Shown here: positions 19,981-28,816 of the stretch, one piece after another | Layout: each line of letters opens with the position of its first letter | How positions within the stretch are numbered: the stretch's first letter is position 1 | Virus record (IMG/VR): IMGVR_UViG_3300033074_000711 | Span: 64,001-128,000 of that record | Origin: a virus | Taxonomy: Duplodnaviria > Caudoviricetes | Direction: 5' to 3' (one strand) | Length of the DNA stretch: 64,000 bases | Position numbers and translations under genes: made by a program | The notes under the pieces: generated by a model | What the model saw: only the letters and a program-made list of their open reading frames with translations | Told to the model about the DNA's origin: nothing | The model's database searches: none

Positions 19981-20547
19981 TTATTTAGTTATTTGTTCGT
20001 TTATTCTTATTAACCATAAATCACTAGTGACTATTTTCATTTTATTATAGTATTTATCATTTTTAGCACCATAATAATATTTAATTAAATCATCTATAAT
20101 GAATTTATCATTTTGTTTTTCATTAATAATATTAATAAAATATCTTAAAATAAATGCTGTAGCATGGATATTGTTATCAATTTTTCTTAATTCATTTTTT
20201 GATTTAGCTATATTATTTTCAATTAATTTATTTTTCCAACATGACCATACTACACCACCTAAGCCTACAGCATAATCATTATTATGTTTAATCCAAAATT
20301 TATATTCAGTTTCTATTCTAAATATAGAATGCAATAATCCTATAGGTAAATTATATTTAATAGAATATATTTGCATATTAAATATTATTTTTTCTATATC
20401 TTTATTTTTTAAATAATTATATGTTTTTAAATCTTCTTTTATAAGTTCTGATTGAAAATTATCTAATTTTAAATAACAAGTTTTATTTTGATTAGCTGTA
20501 TTATATTGTAAATGTGTTATAAAAAACAATATTAGAAAATATCTCAT
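19981..20547 (-). CDS. Lytic transglycosylase (SLT-like) with hydrophobic N-terminus
   Basis: SIFRIET (catalytic E), AVGLGGV, NIHATAFIL, YYG. Confidence 0.7.
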   Translation of the reverse strand: MRYFLILFFITHLQYNTANQNKTCYLKLDNFQSELIKEDLKTYNYLKNKDIEKIIFNMQIYSIKYNLPIGLLHSIFRIETEYKFWIKHNNDYAVGLGGVVWSCWKNKLIENNIAKSKNELRKIDNNIHATAFILRYFINIINEKQNDKFIIDDLIKYYYGAKNDKYYNKMKIVTSDLWLIRINEQITK

Positions 20548-20627
20548 GTAACTTTATCCTTGTGTTAATGTATATTAAAAATAAATATAAAAAAATTTTA
20601 AATATTTTATACTTTTTTTTTATTTTT

Positions 20628-21290
20628 TTAATCTAAATCATACGAAAAAATTTCTAATAAGTCAAGATATGTTATCATTAATTTTTGATATATTTTTATC
20701 TGTGTTCCAACACCTAATCTTCTAGACCTTATTTTAAATAAATCTTTTCTCATTTGAAATGTATTAATGTTTTTAGCTGATATCTCTGAAAATAAATTCA
20801 TATTATAATCTTCAAATTTACTAATCATTGATAAAATTTGTTCTATTTTTTGAATTTTATTAACTATAGATTGTTGATTCATACTTGAATTTTTAAGAAC
20901 CATATATTCATATTTAGATTCTAAAAATATAGTTTCATTAAAAATTTTAACATAATTTAATAAAAAACCTAAAATATTAGGGTTTAATAAATTATTAGAT
21001 TTTAAACTTGAAACATTTACTCCATTTACATAAAATCCACTTTCATTAACACCTAATGTTAATACATGTGTTCCATAATCTTCAATATTTATTAATAAAT
21101 TTAATAAATTGTTCATATTAGTATGTTTAGATTCTAATATCTTTATATCATTTGATATGAAATTTATAAAATTATTAAAAAATTTAAAAAATAATTCATT
21201 ATAAAATTTTTTTAATTTTATATCATCAGAAGAAGTATTTTCTAATTTTTCTTTAAGTTTTTTTAATACAGCTAAAAGTTTAGCTTTCAT
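20628..21290 (-). CDS. Hypothetical protein with basic leader (KLLAVLKKLKEKLE)
   Basis: AGGTG RBS; late-type motif upstream at 21520-21529. Confidence 0.6.
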   Translation of the reverse strand: MKAKLLAVLKKLKEKLENTSSDDIKLKKFYNELFFKFFNNFINFISNDIKILESKHTNMNNLLNLLINIEDYGTHVLTLGVNESGFYVNGVNVSSLKSNNLLNPNILGFLLNYVKIFNETIFLESKYEYMVLKNSSMNQQSIVNKIQKIEQILSMISKFEDYNMNLFSEISAKNINTFQMRKDLFKIRSRRLGVGTQIKIYQKLMITYLDLLEIFSYDLD

Positions 21291-21453
21291 ATGTCACCTA
21301 TTTTCTTTTTTTTTTGTTAAAATGATGTTATCATTTTATAATTATATAATTTATTTATTTATATTTATATATTTTATACTTAGATATAATTTATATTTAT
21401 ATAATTTAATAATTATATAGTATTATAATTTTGATATAAGTACTATATAATTA

Positions 21454-21501
21454 TAATATTGTAATATTGTAATATTGTAATATTGTAATATTGTAATATT
21501 C
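21454..21501. repeat. Tandem repeat (TAATATTG)x5 + TAATATTC
   Basis: Read directly in the divergent intergenic gap. Confidence 0.95.
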
Positions 21502-21579
21502 TCATTAGGGTAACTATTATATAAATATAAGAAAGTTTTATTAAATTTTATACTTTTTTTCAAAAATTTTAATTTTTTT

Positions 21580-21617
21580 TATATTTATATAAAAATTTTA
21601 ACTTTTTTATATTTATA
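21580..21617 (+). promoter_or_regulatory. Putative late promoter motif TATATTTATA, two copies
   Basis: At 21580-21589 and 21608-21617; recurs before many structural genes. Confidence 0.6.
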
Positions 21618-21641
21618 ACTATAAAAAACGGAATACATTTC

Positions 21642-24110
21642 ATGGCAATACTACAATTTAGAAGAGGAAATACACCATCATCACCGTCAGAATTAGGCTC
21701 AGGTGAACTTTATTTAGACTTAACTCAAGATAAATTTTTATATAAAAATGTAGGTGGTGATAAATTATATTCAATTTCAAGGTCAAATGTTGTTAATAAT
21801 TTAACACAATTAAATAATATAAGTTCATTATTATTAGAAACTGGTGATATAGGTGTAACAACCGATGACCAAAGAGTTTATATGAGAAGTGGTTCTAATT
21901 GGTATCCATTAATGTATGAAAGATTATTAAATTCTGAAGATATTTCTAATAATGCTATAACTGGTGATAAAATATTAACAGGTTCAATAAGTTATGAAAA
22001 TTTAAATGATGATTTAAAATTTACAGTTGATAATATTAATAATAATTTAAAATATGGTTTAGATTTTGATGGTAATACAGAATATTTAACTAGACCTATT
22101 CAAATAATATCAAAAACCGATTGGAGAACATTATCAAATTTTAACAGTATTTTAAATGTTACTGGTAGTAACTCTAATATATCAAATGACTTATCTAGAC
22201 CATATGTAGTACCACTTAGTTCATCATTATTTAACTCTAATGGTTATATTGGAGTTACTGGTAGTGCTGGATTAATAGTTGGCAAAAGATATATGGGTAG
22301 AATAACTTATTATAACGATAATGCTACAGATTTTAGAATAGGGTCAACAAATAGTAGTAGTGCATATAAATTATTAGATAAAAAAAGTAAAAATTGGCAA
22401 GAATCAGAATTTAATTTTATAGCTACTAGTACAGATATTTATGTTAAATTAAATGGAACTGGCACAGGATATGTTCAAGAATTAAGAATAAAAGAAGATA
22501 CTGGGTTAGATTTAAATGATTCTGAAATGATTGATAATAGAATATCAAGAAAGTTTACAACATCTGGTGTGTTCAACTATCAATCAGATTTTAGTAGTGG
22601 ATTAAGTAACTTCACTGCTGTTAGAAGTGTAGCTACTGGTAACAACGATGGTGTTAGTGATGGTTCAATCTCATACGATAATGTATTAAAATATTATGCA
22701 AACAATGAAACAGACACTCATTATATTAATTTACCAAATGCTAACACTAATTTAAGATTAAATAAATCTTATAGGATTAAATTTTGGTATTTAATACCAT
22801 CAACTAATACTAATGTGAAACGTTTAATTTCGACAAATGGCATTTCAACTATATTTGGTTCTAGTGATGGTACCGTATTAGATATGTGGACTGAATACTC
22901 AGCAGATGTTGTGGTTACTATAGATTTAACAAATATAAGATTATATTTGGGCACGTCATTTTCATTAACTTTTACAGGTTCTAATTCACCAACTGACGAT
23001 TTAGTATATATATATGATTATAGAATTGAAGAAATACCACAAGAACAAAGTAACGGTAATCACGCTTTTTCTATTGACTCAATAACAGCATTTAATGCTA
23101 GTGGTGTGACTAATAAAAGTAAATGTGGTAAGATTATTTCAAGTGGTACCGGTGACAGTGATTCAAATAATATTAGTTTACCTGCAACAAGTTTTAATGT
23201 TTTGGGCTCAACTGATAGTAGAACAAAAGTATTAAGTGGTTTCAAATATTTAATTACTTTCCTTGCTAAAGCCGCAACTAACAACACAACAATAAATGTG
23301 AATATTGGTAGTAAAACGGGAACAGCATTAACGCTTGCTGACAATACAAAATGGTATTTATATACTTATCAATTTTTAGCAACAAGTTCGGAAGTTGATG
23401 CACAACTAAAAATATTCTTAAATCAAGCTGATACTGTTTATATTGACGAATTAAGTATATCAAAAGCATACGATATGCTAATTAATATCTGGGATAGGAA
23501 TGTAATGGGTTTATCAAATTTAAATATAATTTGTTTTGGGGCTCTGGGTTCTTTAAATTCAAATGGGTATAGAATATATAGACCTATGCCAAACGATTTA
23601 TTATATTTTAGAATACAAGGGTATGAATATACAACAGCGAATCCAACTTATTCAAATTCTTTAATAATATCGAATAATAAATCTATTATATTACAATTTT
23701 TATTACGCACAGGTAACATAAAAAGATATGAAAATGACACATCATTAAGTGATTATACTACTATATTTTCATATATAAATAATTATTCATCTAATTTATT
23801 TTTTGGTGCTTTATCAACTTTATCTGAAAAATATCTTGGTCTAATCGGTCAAATACAATTTGTAAGATTTAATAATGCTGATTCTTTTAATCCTCTTGAT
23901 ATTGATGGAGCAGGAACTTCAATTTATGAATATTCTCAAACACATAAAGGTTACCCTAACTCTTATACAGGCGGTGAAATAGTATTTTGGTTTGATTGGG
24001 TCGGTGATACAGATACAGAAATGCTCACTGATTTAAGTGGTAGAGGAAATAATTTGACAGGCGTAAATGTAACATTATTAGATGATAGACGAAGATATAT
24101 TTTAGAATAA
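21642..24110 (+). CDS. Fibre/receptor-binding protein with LamG-like and CBM-like domains
   Basis: ILQFRRG...LGSGELYLD N-terminal fibre module; GLDFDGNTEYL; jelly-roll repeats ending YVQELRIKE, YIYDYRIEE, YIDELSISK. Confidence 0.7.
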   Translation: MAILQFRRGNTPSSPSELGSGELYLDLTQDKFLYKNVGGDKLYSISRSNVVNNLTQLNNISSLLLETGDIGVTTDDQRVYMRSGSNWYPLMYERLLNSEDISNNAITGDKILTGSISYENLNDDLKFTVDNINNNLKYGLDFDGNTEYLTRPIQIISKTDWRTLSNFNSILNVTGSNSNISNDLSRPYVVPLSSSLFNSNGYIGVTGSAGLIVGKRYMGRITYYNDNATDFRIGSTNSSSAYKLLDKKSKNWQESEFNFIATSTDIYVKLNGTGTGYVQELRIKEDTGLDLNDSEMIDNRISRKFTTSGVFNYQSDFSSGLSNFTAVRSVATGNNDGVSDGSISYDNVLKYYANNETDTHYINLPNANTNLRLNKSYRIKFWYLIPSTNTNVKRLISTNGISTIFGSSDGTVLDMWTEYSADVVVTIDLTNIRLYLGTSFSLTFTGSNSPTDDLVYIYDYRIEEIPQEQSNGNHAFSIDSITAFNASGVTNKSKCGKIISSGTGDSDSNNISLPATSFNVLGSTDSRTKVLSGFKYLITFLAKAATNNTTINVNIGSKTGTALTLADNTKWYLYTYQFLATSSEVDAQLKIFLNQADTVYIDELSISKAYDMLINIWDRNVMGLSNLNIICFGALGSLNSNGYRIYRPMPNDLLYFRIQGYEYTTANPTYSNSLIISNNKSIILQFLLRTGNIKRYENDTSLSDYTTIFSYINNYSSNLFFGALSTLSEKYLGLIGQIQFVRFNNADSFNPLDIDGAGTSIYEYSQTHKGYPNSYTGGEIVFWFDWVGDTDTEMLTDLSGRGNNLTGVNVTLLDDRRRYILE

Positions 24111-24139
24111 ATTTTTAAAAATAAAAAATAAGAAAAATT

Positions 24140-25633
24140 ATGTCAATATTAAGAATAAAACGTGGTACATCATATACAACATCATCTCTATTATATGGTG
24201 AATTATATTTAGATGAAAATAAAGATAAAATAACATACTTAAATAATAGTGGTTCTGGGTTTAACACTATACAAATATTAGAATCACAAATTATAAATAC
24301 TACTTATTCTCAATTATCAAGTAGCTTATCAAATGGATTATTAATTCCGGGTCAAAAATATAAAATTACTGATTATCAGACAACTTATAATATGCCAGAA
24401 GTTACACCAACTTTATTAGCAAGTGGTTCTATCGAGCCATTAATAGTAACAGCAATGACTAGTTCTAGTTTAGAATCGATTGCATTTAGTGAGCAATACC
24501 CGCAAGATTTAATTTATTATGATATAATAAATAATCAAACAATAATACCAGGATGTAATAAAGGATATATATATAGAAGAATAGATACAAAACAAAATAA
24601 TGATATATGTTTTGATTTTAGACAAGTTAAATTTAGAAGATGGAAAATAAATATAACTGAAGAACATGCAGATGGTAATGCAGCTTATACAAAAAGAACA
24701 GTTATAAAAAAAACAAATTCAAATGATATTTATGTAAAATTAACAAATGCTACTGGTAGTTTTGATTCATATATATACCCGAATATTGAAAATCCGTCTA
24801 CTAATAGTTCAACCTACTGGGATAAAATTTCTAAAAATTATATAACACACCCGAATCATTTAAATGGCGTATATTGTTCATGGTCATCATCAAATCTTTC
24901 AGTTGGTAATTTAACATTTTCAGTTGATTCTGCTGATTATATAGATATGTATATGTTTTCAAAATTTTCGGATTATAGTTTACATTACACACAAGATATA
25001 ATAAATAATACATTTAATACACCGTCTACAGATATAATAAAAAATTCTAATGTTGTTTTTATACACGATTATAGTAATATTAGTAACAATGTATTTTATT
25101 TTAGAAGTAAGAATTTTATTAATAATAATAATACTATAATAACACCAGTATCATATGGTGGCTCAAACGGTTTTGTATCAGATTTTTATAATAATATATG
25201 TAAAATAAAATCATGTTTAATTTTATATACTAACTATGATAATAAAATAATTTCATCAGCTTCTATAATATCAAATTGTTCATTTAATGATATAAATATA
25301 AATTATTCTACATTAAAAAATGTTTCATTATCTAATATTACAGGAAGTACATTAGCATATGTATTAAATGGATATTTAGTTAATGGAAAAGTTTATGGTA
25401 TTCATTTTTATTTAAATGCATTAAAAGATATAATTTTAACTTCCGATAGTTACATAAAATTAAATAATATAAATTTTAATAACATTAACACATCATCTAT
25501 TGCTGAACTGTATAATGAAGATTTATATAAATCTTTTTTAAAATTTGTAATTTTAACTAAATCTGGTACACTTAAATATTATTATCATGACGATACAACA
25601 TTTGCACCAGTATATAAGGATATTACTGAATGA
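24140..25633 (+). CDS. Fibre protein
   Basis: Paralogous N-terminus ILRIKRG...LLYGELYLD; LIPGQKYKITDY; Asn-rich beta-helix-like C-terminus. Confidence 0.7.
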   Translation: MSILRIKRGTSYTTSSLLYGELYLDENKDKITYLNNSGSGFNTIQILESQIINTTYSQLSSSLSNGLLIPGQKYKITDYQTTYNMPEVTPTLLASGSIEPLIVTAMTSSSLESIAFSEQYPQDLIYYDIINNQTIIPGCNKGYIYRRIDTKQNNDICFDFRQVKFRRWKINITEEHADGNAAYTKRTVIKKTNSNDIYVKLTNATGSFDSYIYPNIENPSTNSSTYWDKISKNYITHPNHLNGVYCSWSSSNLSVGNLTFSVDSADYIDMYMFSKFSDYSLHYTQDIINNTFNTPSTDIIKNSNVVFIHDYSNISNNVFYFRSKNFINNNNTIITPVSYGGSNGFVSDFYNNICKIKSCLILYTNYDNKIISSASIISNCSFNDININYSTLKNVSLSNITGSTLAYVLNGYLVNGKVYGIHFYLNALKDIILTSDSYIKLNNINFNNINTSSIAELYNEDLYKSFLKFVILTKSGTLKYYYHDDTTFAPVYKDITE

Positions 25634-28206
25634 TTAGAATATTAATATGGGATACATTATTACCGCATGCAAATAATATTATAACAGCAATTTCAACTGG
25701 ATATGGTTCAGATATATCAAACCAATGTTTAATAGTTTCATCAGACCCTTTTGTAAGTGCATCTTTAGATAATAATATAATAGCTATAGTTAGAAGTTAT
25801 AGTGGCTGGGAAAGTAATGTTTCTCAATCATTAGGTGTATATCCAAATACTTTAACTTTTTTTCCAGCAGGTAGTAATACATTTTCATTAGTAGCTATAA
25901 CACAAGAATCGGAGATTCCTAATTTAGTATTAACTGGTGCTGGTGATGTTGGTTATGAAGATAAAAATAATACTGGTTATGGAATAGAATTTTGGGATTC
26001 TGATTTAAATTTAAGTAGTACTTCAGATGAAAGTAGTTATTCAACAGGAATAATTTTAGGTAAATTATTAAAAATAAAAGATACATTAAACTGCTCTTGG
26101 TGGGAAGCAAGATATAGAGCAAGAAAAACGACAGATAGAAATGAAAGTAATAGATTAACTTCTGAATGGGATTTATATAATGGTTATGGTATTATTAATG
26201 TTAATAATGCTATAAATTATTCTGGTGAAATAATTTCAGACCCATTTTTACCATTACCATCACCATTAATATATTATAATACATCACAAACTTATACAGC
26301 ATATTGCTCCACTGGGTATAGTGGTAGTAATACAGTAACTATAGAAAATAATATTTTTTCTAGTAGTATATCTCAAGCTGATGCTAATAATTTAGCATAT
26401 AACTTTGCAAGTAGCAGTGCTATTAATAATTTAACATGTTATTTATTATATTACAATAATGAACAAAGTTATACAGCTATATACCCAAATGGTTATAGTG
26501 GTAGTTATACTTCAACTATACCAGCAAATACATTTTCTAGTAGTATGTCACAAGAATATGTTAATAATTTAGCATATAATTTAGCAAGTAGCAGTGCAAA
26601 TTTAAATTTAGTTTGTACTTTAATAACAACAGGGTATAGTGAACCTATACCTTTAGGAGGATTTGAAATGAGTACAAATAGAAGTACTTTAGTTAATGCG
26701 ATACCGTTAACAAAAACACAAATGAATTCATTAATGAATAATGGTTCAATAATAGTTGGACAAAAATATATAATAACTGATTCTGTAAGTGGTAGTATTA
26801 TGGTTGAAGGTTATAATAGTAGTTCATTATCAAGATATGTAATAAATAATAGTGGAAGTAATATATACTATATTTTAAGTGGTAGTGTAGAAACTATTAA
26901 CAGTTTAGTTAATATATCTGGTTCAAATTCGTTAGTTTTAGGTGGATATGATATTAATAAAACATATTTAACAGGGAGTGTTTATTTAAATAATAATTTA
27001 TTTTATGATTATAGTAATAATATATTTGATGTTAAATTACAAAAAACAAATATGCGCACAAGTATATTAATAGGAAATAGAAATAAAAATTTATCAGGAA
27101 CTGATAATATAATATTTGGTAACTTAATATGGGACGCTATGAGTAGCGGGTCACATAATATTTTAATAGGTGACCAAGTTGGTGGTTCAGTATATGGTTA
27201 TAATGTTAATAATTGCATAATGATAGGTTCACTCACATATTTCACTAGTTCTGGTGTTTATAGTGAAGGTGATAATAACGTTATATGTATAGGGTATAAT
27301 GCTATAGGCAATGGTAATAATACTGTTACCTTAGGTAATGATAATATTATTAAAACATTTTTAAAAGGTAGTGTTTATTTAAATAATAATTTATTTTATA
27401 TTAGTTCAAGTAATAAAATATCAAGTAGTTTCATATCAGAATTAAATACAAATAATTTTAATACTGATATGAAAGAAAAGTTGGATAAAGCATTTAATAA
27501 TAATAGTGAAAATCTAATTATAGGAAATAATTCTGGCATTTTGACGAACTGTTATGGTGATATAATAATTGGTGTGAATGCTAGTCCATCAGTAATTCAG
27601 TCTAGTCAGAATGTAATAATAGGTAATAATACAGCAACAACTGGTTATAATAATCGTAATGTTGCTATTGGTAATTATTCATTACAAATTGGAGGTAGTT
27701 TAAATAATAATATTGCTATAGGATATGAAAGCGGATATAATTTATTATACTCAGAAGATATTGCTAATATTTTTATAGGTTATAGAGCTGGCAAATATAT
27801 ATATGGTGATAACGGAGAAGGAAATGTTATTTTAGGTAATTATTCTGGTATTGAATTTGTAGATTCAGAGTTTTATGTTGATAATTTAGATACAAATGTA
27901 TTGATAGGTAGTTATATTAGACCAAAATATGAATTGAATGGTAATGAAAAGATAACTAGTAATCAAATCATAATAGGTTTTTTAACTAATGGTAATGGGC
28001 CAAACACTGTAACTTTAGGCAATGATGATATTACTAAAACATTTTTAAAAGGTAATGTCGGTATAAAAACTAATCCAGTTTCACACTCATTAGAGGTAAG
28101 CGGTAGCATATATGCCAGTGAATATTTTATTTTAAAATCACCAAACGGTAATAAATGGAAAATTTCAGTTGATGATAGTGGTAATTTAAATTCATCATTA
28201 TTGTAA
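25630..28206 (+). CDS. Multidomain fibre: subtilase-like N-domain, two DUF5977-like repeats, adhesin-like NxxIG repeats
   Basis: Two YYN..QxYTA...GYSGS...FSSSxSQ repeats; NVAIG/NIAIG repeats; C-terminal LKSPNGNKWKISVDDSG. Confidence 0.7.
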   Translation: MIRILIWDTLLPHANNIITAISTGYGSDISNQCLIVSSDPFVSASLDNNIIAIVRSYSGWESNVSQSLGVYPNTLTFFPAGSNTFSLVAITQESEIPNLVLTGAGDVGYEDKNNTGYGIEFWDSDLNLSSTSDESSYSTGIILGKLLKIKDTLNCSWWEARYRARKTTDRNESNRLTSEWDLYNGYGIINVNNAINYSGEIISDPFLPLPSPLIYYNTSQTYTAYCSTGYSGSNTVTIENNIFSSSISQADANNLAYNFASSSAINNLTCYLLYYNNEQSYTAIYPNGYSGSYTSTIPANTFSSSMSQEYVNNLAYNLASSSANLNLVCTLITTGYSEPIPLGGFEMSTNRSTLVNAIPLTKTQMNSLMNNGSIIVGQKYIITDSVSGSIMVEGYNSSSLSRYVINNSGSNIYYILSGSVETINSLVNISGSNSLVLGGYDINKTYLTGSVYLNNNLFYDYSNNIFDVKLQKTNMRTSILIGNRNKNLSGTDNIIFGNLIWDAMSSGSHNILIGDQVGGSVYGYNVNNCIMIGSLTYFTSSGVYSEGDNNVICIGYNAIGNGNNTVTLGNDNIIKTFLKGSVYLNNNLFYISSSNKISSSFISELNTNNFNTDMKEKLDKAFNNNSENLIIGNNSGILTNCYGDIIIGVNASPSVIQSSQNVIIGNNTATTGYNNRNVAIGNYSLQIGGSLNNNIAIGYESGYNLLYSEDIANIFIGYRAGKYIYGDNGEGNVILGNYSGIEFVDSEFYVDNLDTNVLIGSYIRPKYELNGNEKITSNQIIIGFLTNGNGPNTVTLGNDDITKTFLKGNVGIKTNPVSHSLEVSGSIYASEYFILKSPNGNKWKISVDDSGNLNSSLL

Positions 28207-28223
28207 TAAAAAATTAAAAATTT

Positions 28224-28233
28224 TATATTTATA
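28224..28233 (+). promoter_or_regulatory. Putative late promoter TATATTTATA
   Basis: Recurrent motif, upstream of the spike-base gene. Confidence 0.6.
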
Positions 28234-28276
28234 AATAAATATGAAAGAAAACAAATAAAACAATTAGGAATAAATT

Positions 28277-28570
28277 ATGCCAATAGATAATTTCGAAACA
28301 ATATTAACAGGCAGTGATAATATAAAAGCATTAAAATTATTAGCGGGTGCTAGAAAAGCTTTTGTATTAACAGCTTCAGACACAGTTGATGAAACATTAT
28401 TATGTAGAGCAATACATAGTAATTCAGATGGTACAATACGAGTATTATTAGCAGATGATAGTACGCCAATTGATTTTAAAGTAATAGCTGGTGCTGTTTA
28501 TAATCTTCGTGTAAAAAGATTATTTGTTACAGGAACTGATGCTGGAATGAATATAATAGGATTGGAATAA
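28277..28570 (+). CDS. Head spike base protein (RcGTA Rcc01079-like)
   Basis: ARKAFVLTASDT...RAIH...GTIRV...AGAVYNLRVKRLFVTGT matches the family pattern; about 97 aa. Confidence 0.7.
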   Translation: MPIDNFETILTGSDNIKALKLLAGARKAFVLTASDTVDETLLCRAIHSNSDGTIRVLLADDSTPIDFKVIAGAVYNLRVKRLFVTGTDAGMNIIGLE

Positions 28571-28572
28571 CA

Positions 28573-28797
28573 ATGGGTGGTTTAGGTTTTGGTTTAAGAT
28601 TTATATTTAATCTTTTTAGAGGGCGAAGTAGTTATAGTGCATATGTTAAAACTCGTTCGAATGATTATATATTAACTAGAGATAATAGAAAATTACTAAT
28701 ACCATCTTCAATAGATTTAGTATCTATAAAAATTTATACCAAAGATGAAAATCAAATATTAACTAAATCTGGTATAGAGTTAAATTTAAAATTGTAA
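28573..28797 (+). CDS. Short head-fibre adaptor, putative
   Basis: N-terminus MGGLGFGL (Rcc01080-like) and two T-x5-ILT-x2-[NG]-x2-L repeats. Confidence 0.55.
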   Translation: MGGLGFGLRFIFNLFRGRSSYSAYVKTRSNDYILTRDNRKLLIPSSIDLVSIKIYTKDENQILTKSGIELNLKL

Positions 28798-28816
28798 TAA
28801 TAAGGAATTGTAAATT

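Noticed and set aside
1-21290. Eukaryotic giant virus or archaeal origin, suggested by PolB, RFC and the Mre11-Rad50 fusion
   Set aside because: Shine-Dalgarno sites, sigma70-like promoters, gp25/gp6 baseplate genes and a transglycosylase point to a bacteriophage
21454-21501. CRISPR array
   Set aside because: 8-bp units with no spacers; no repeat-spacer array seen anywhere, so the Cas4-like gene is solo
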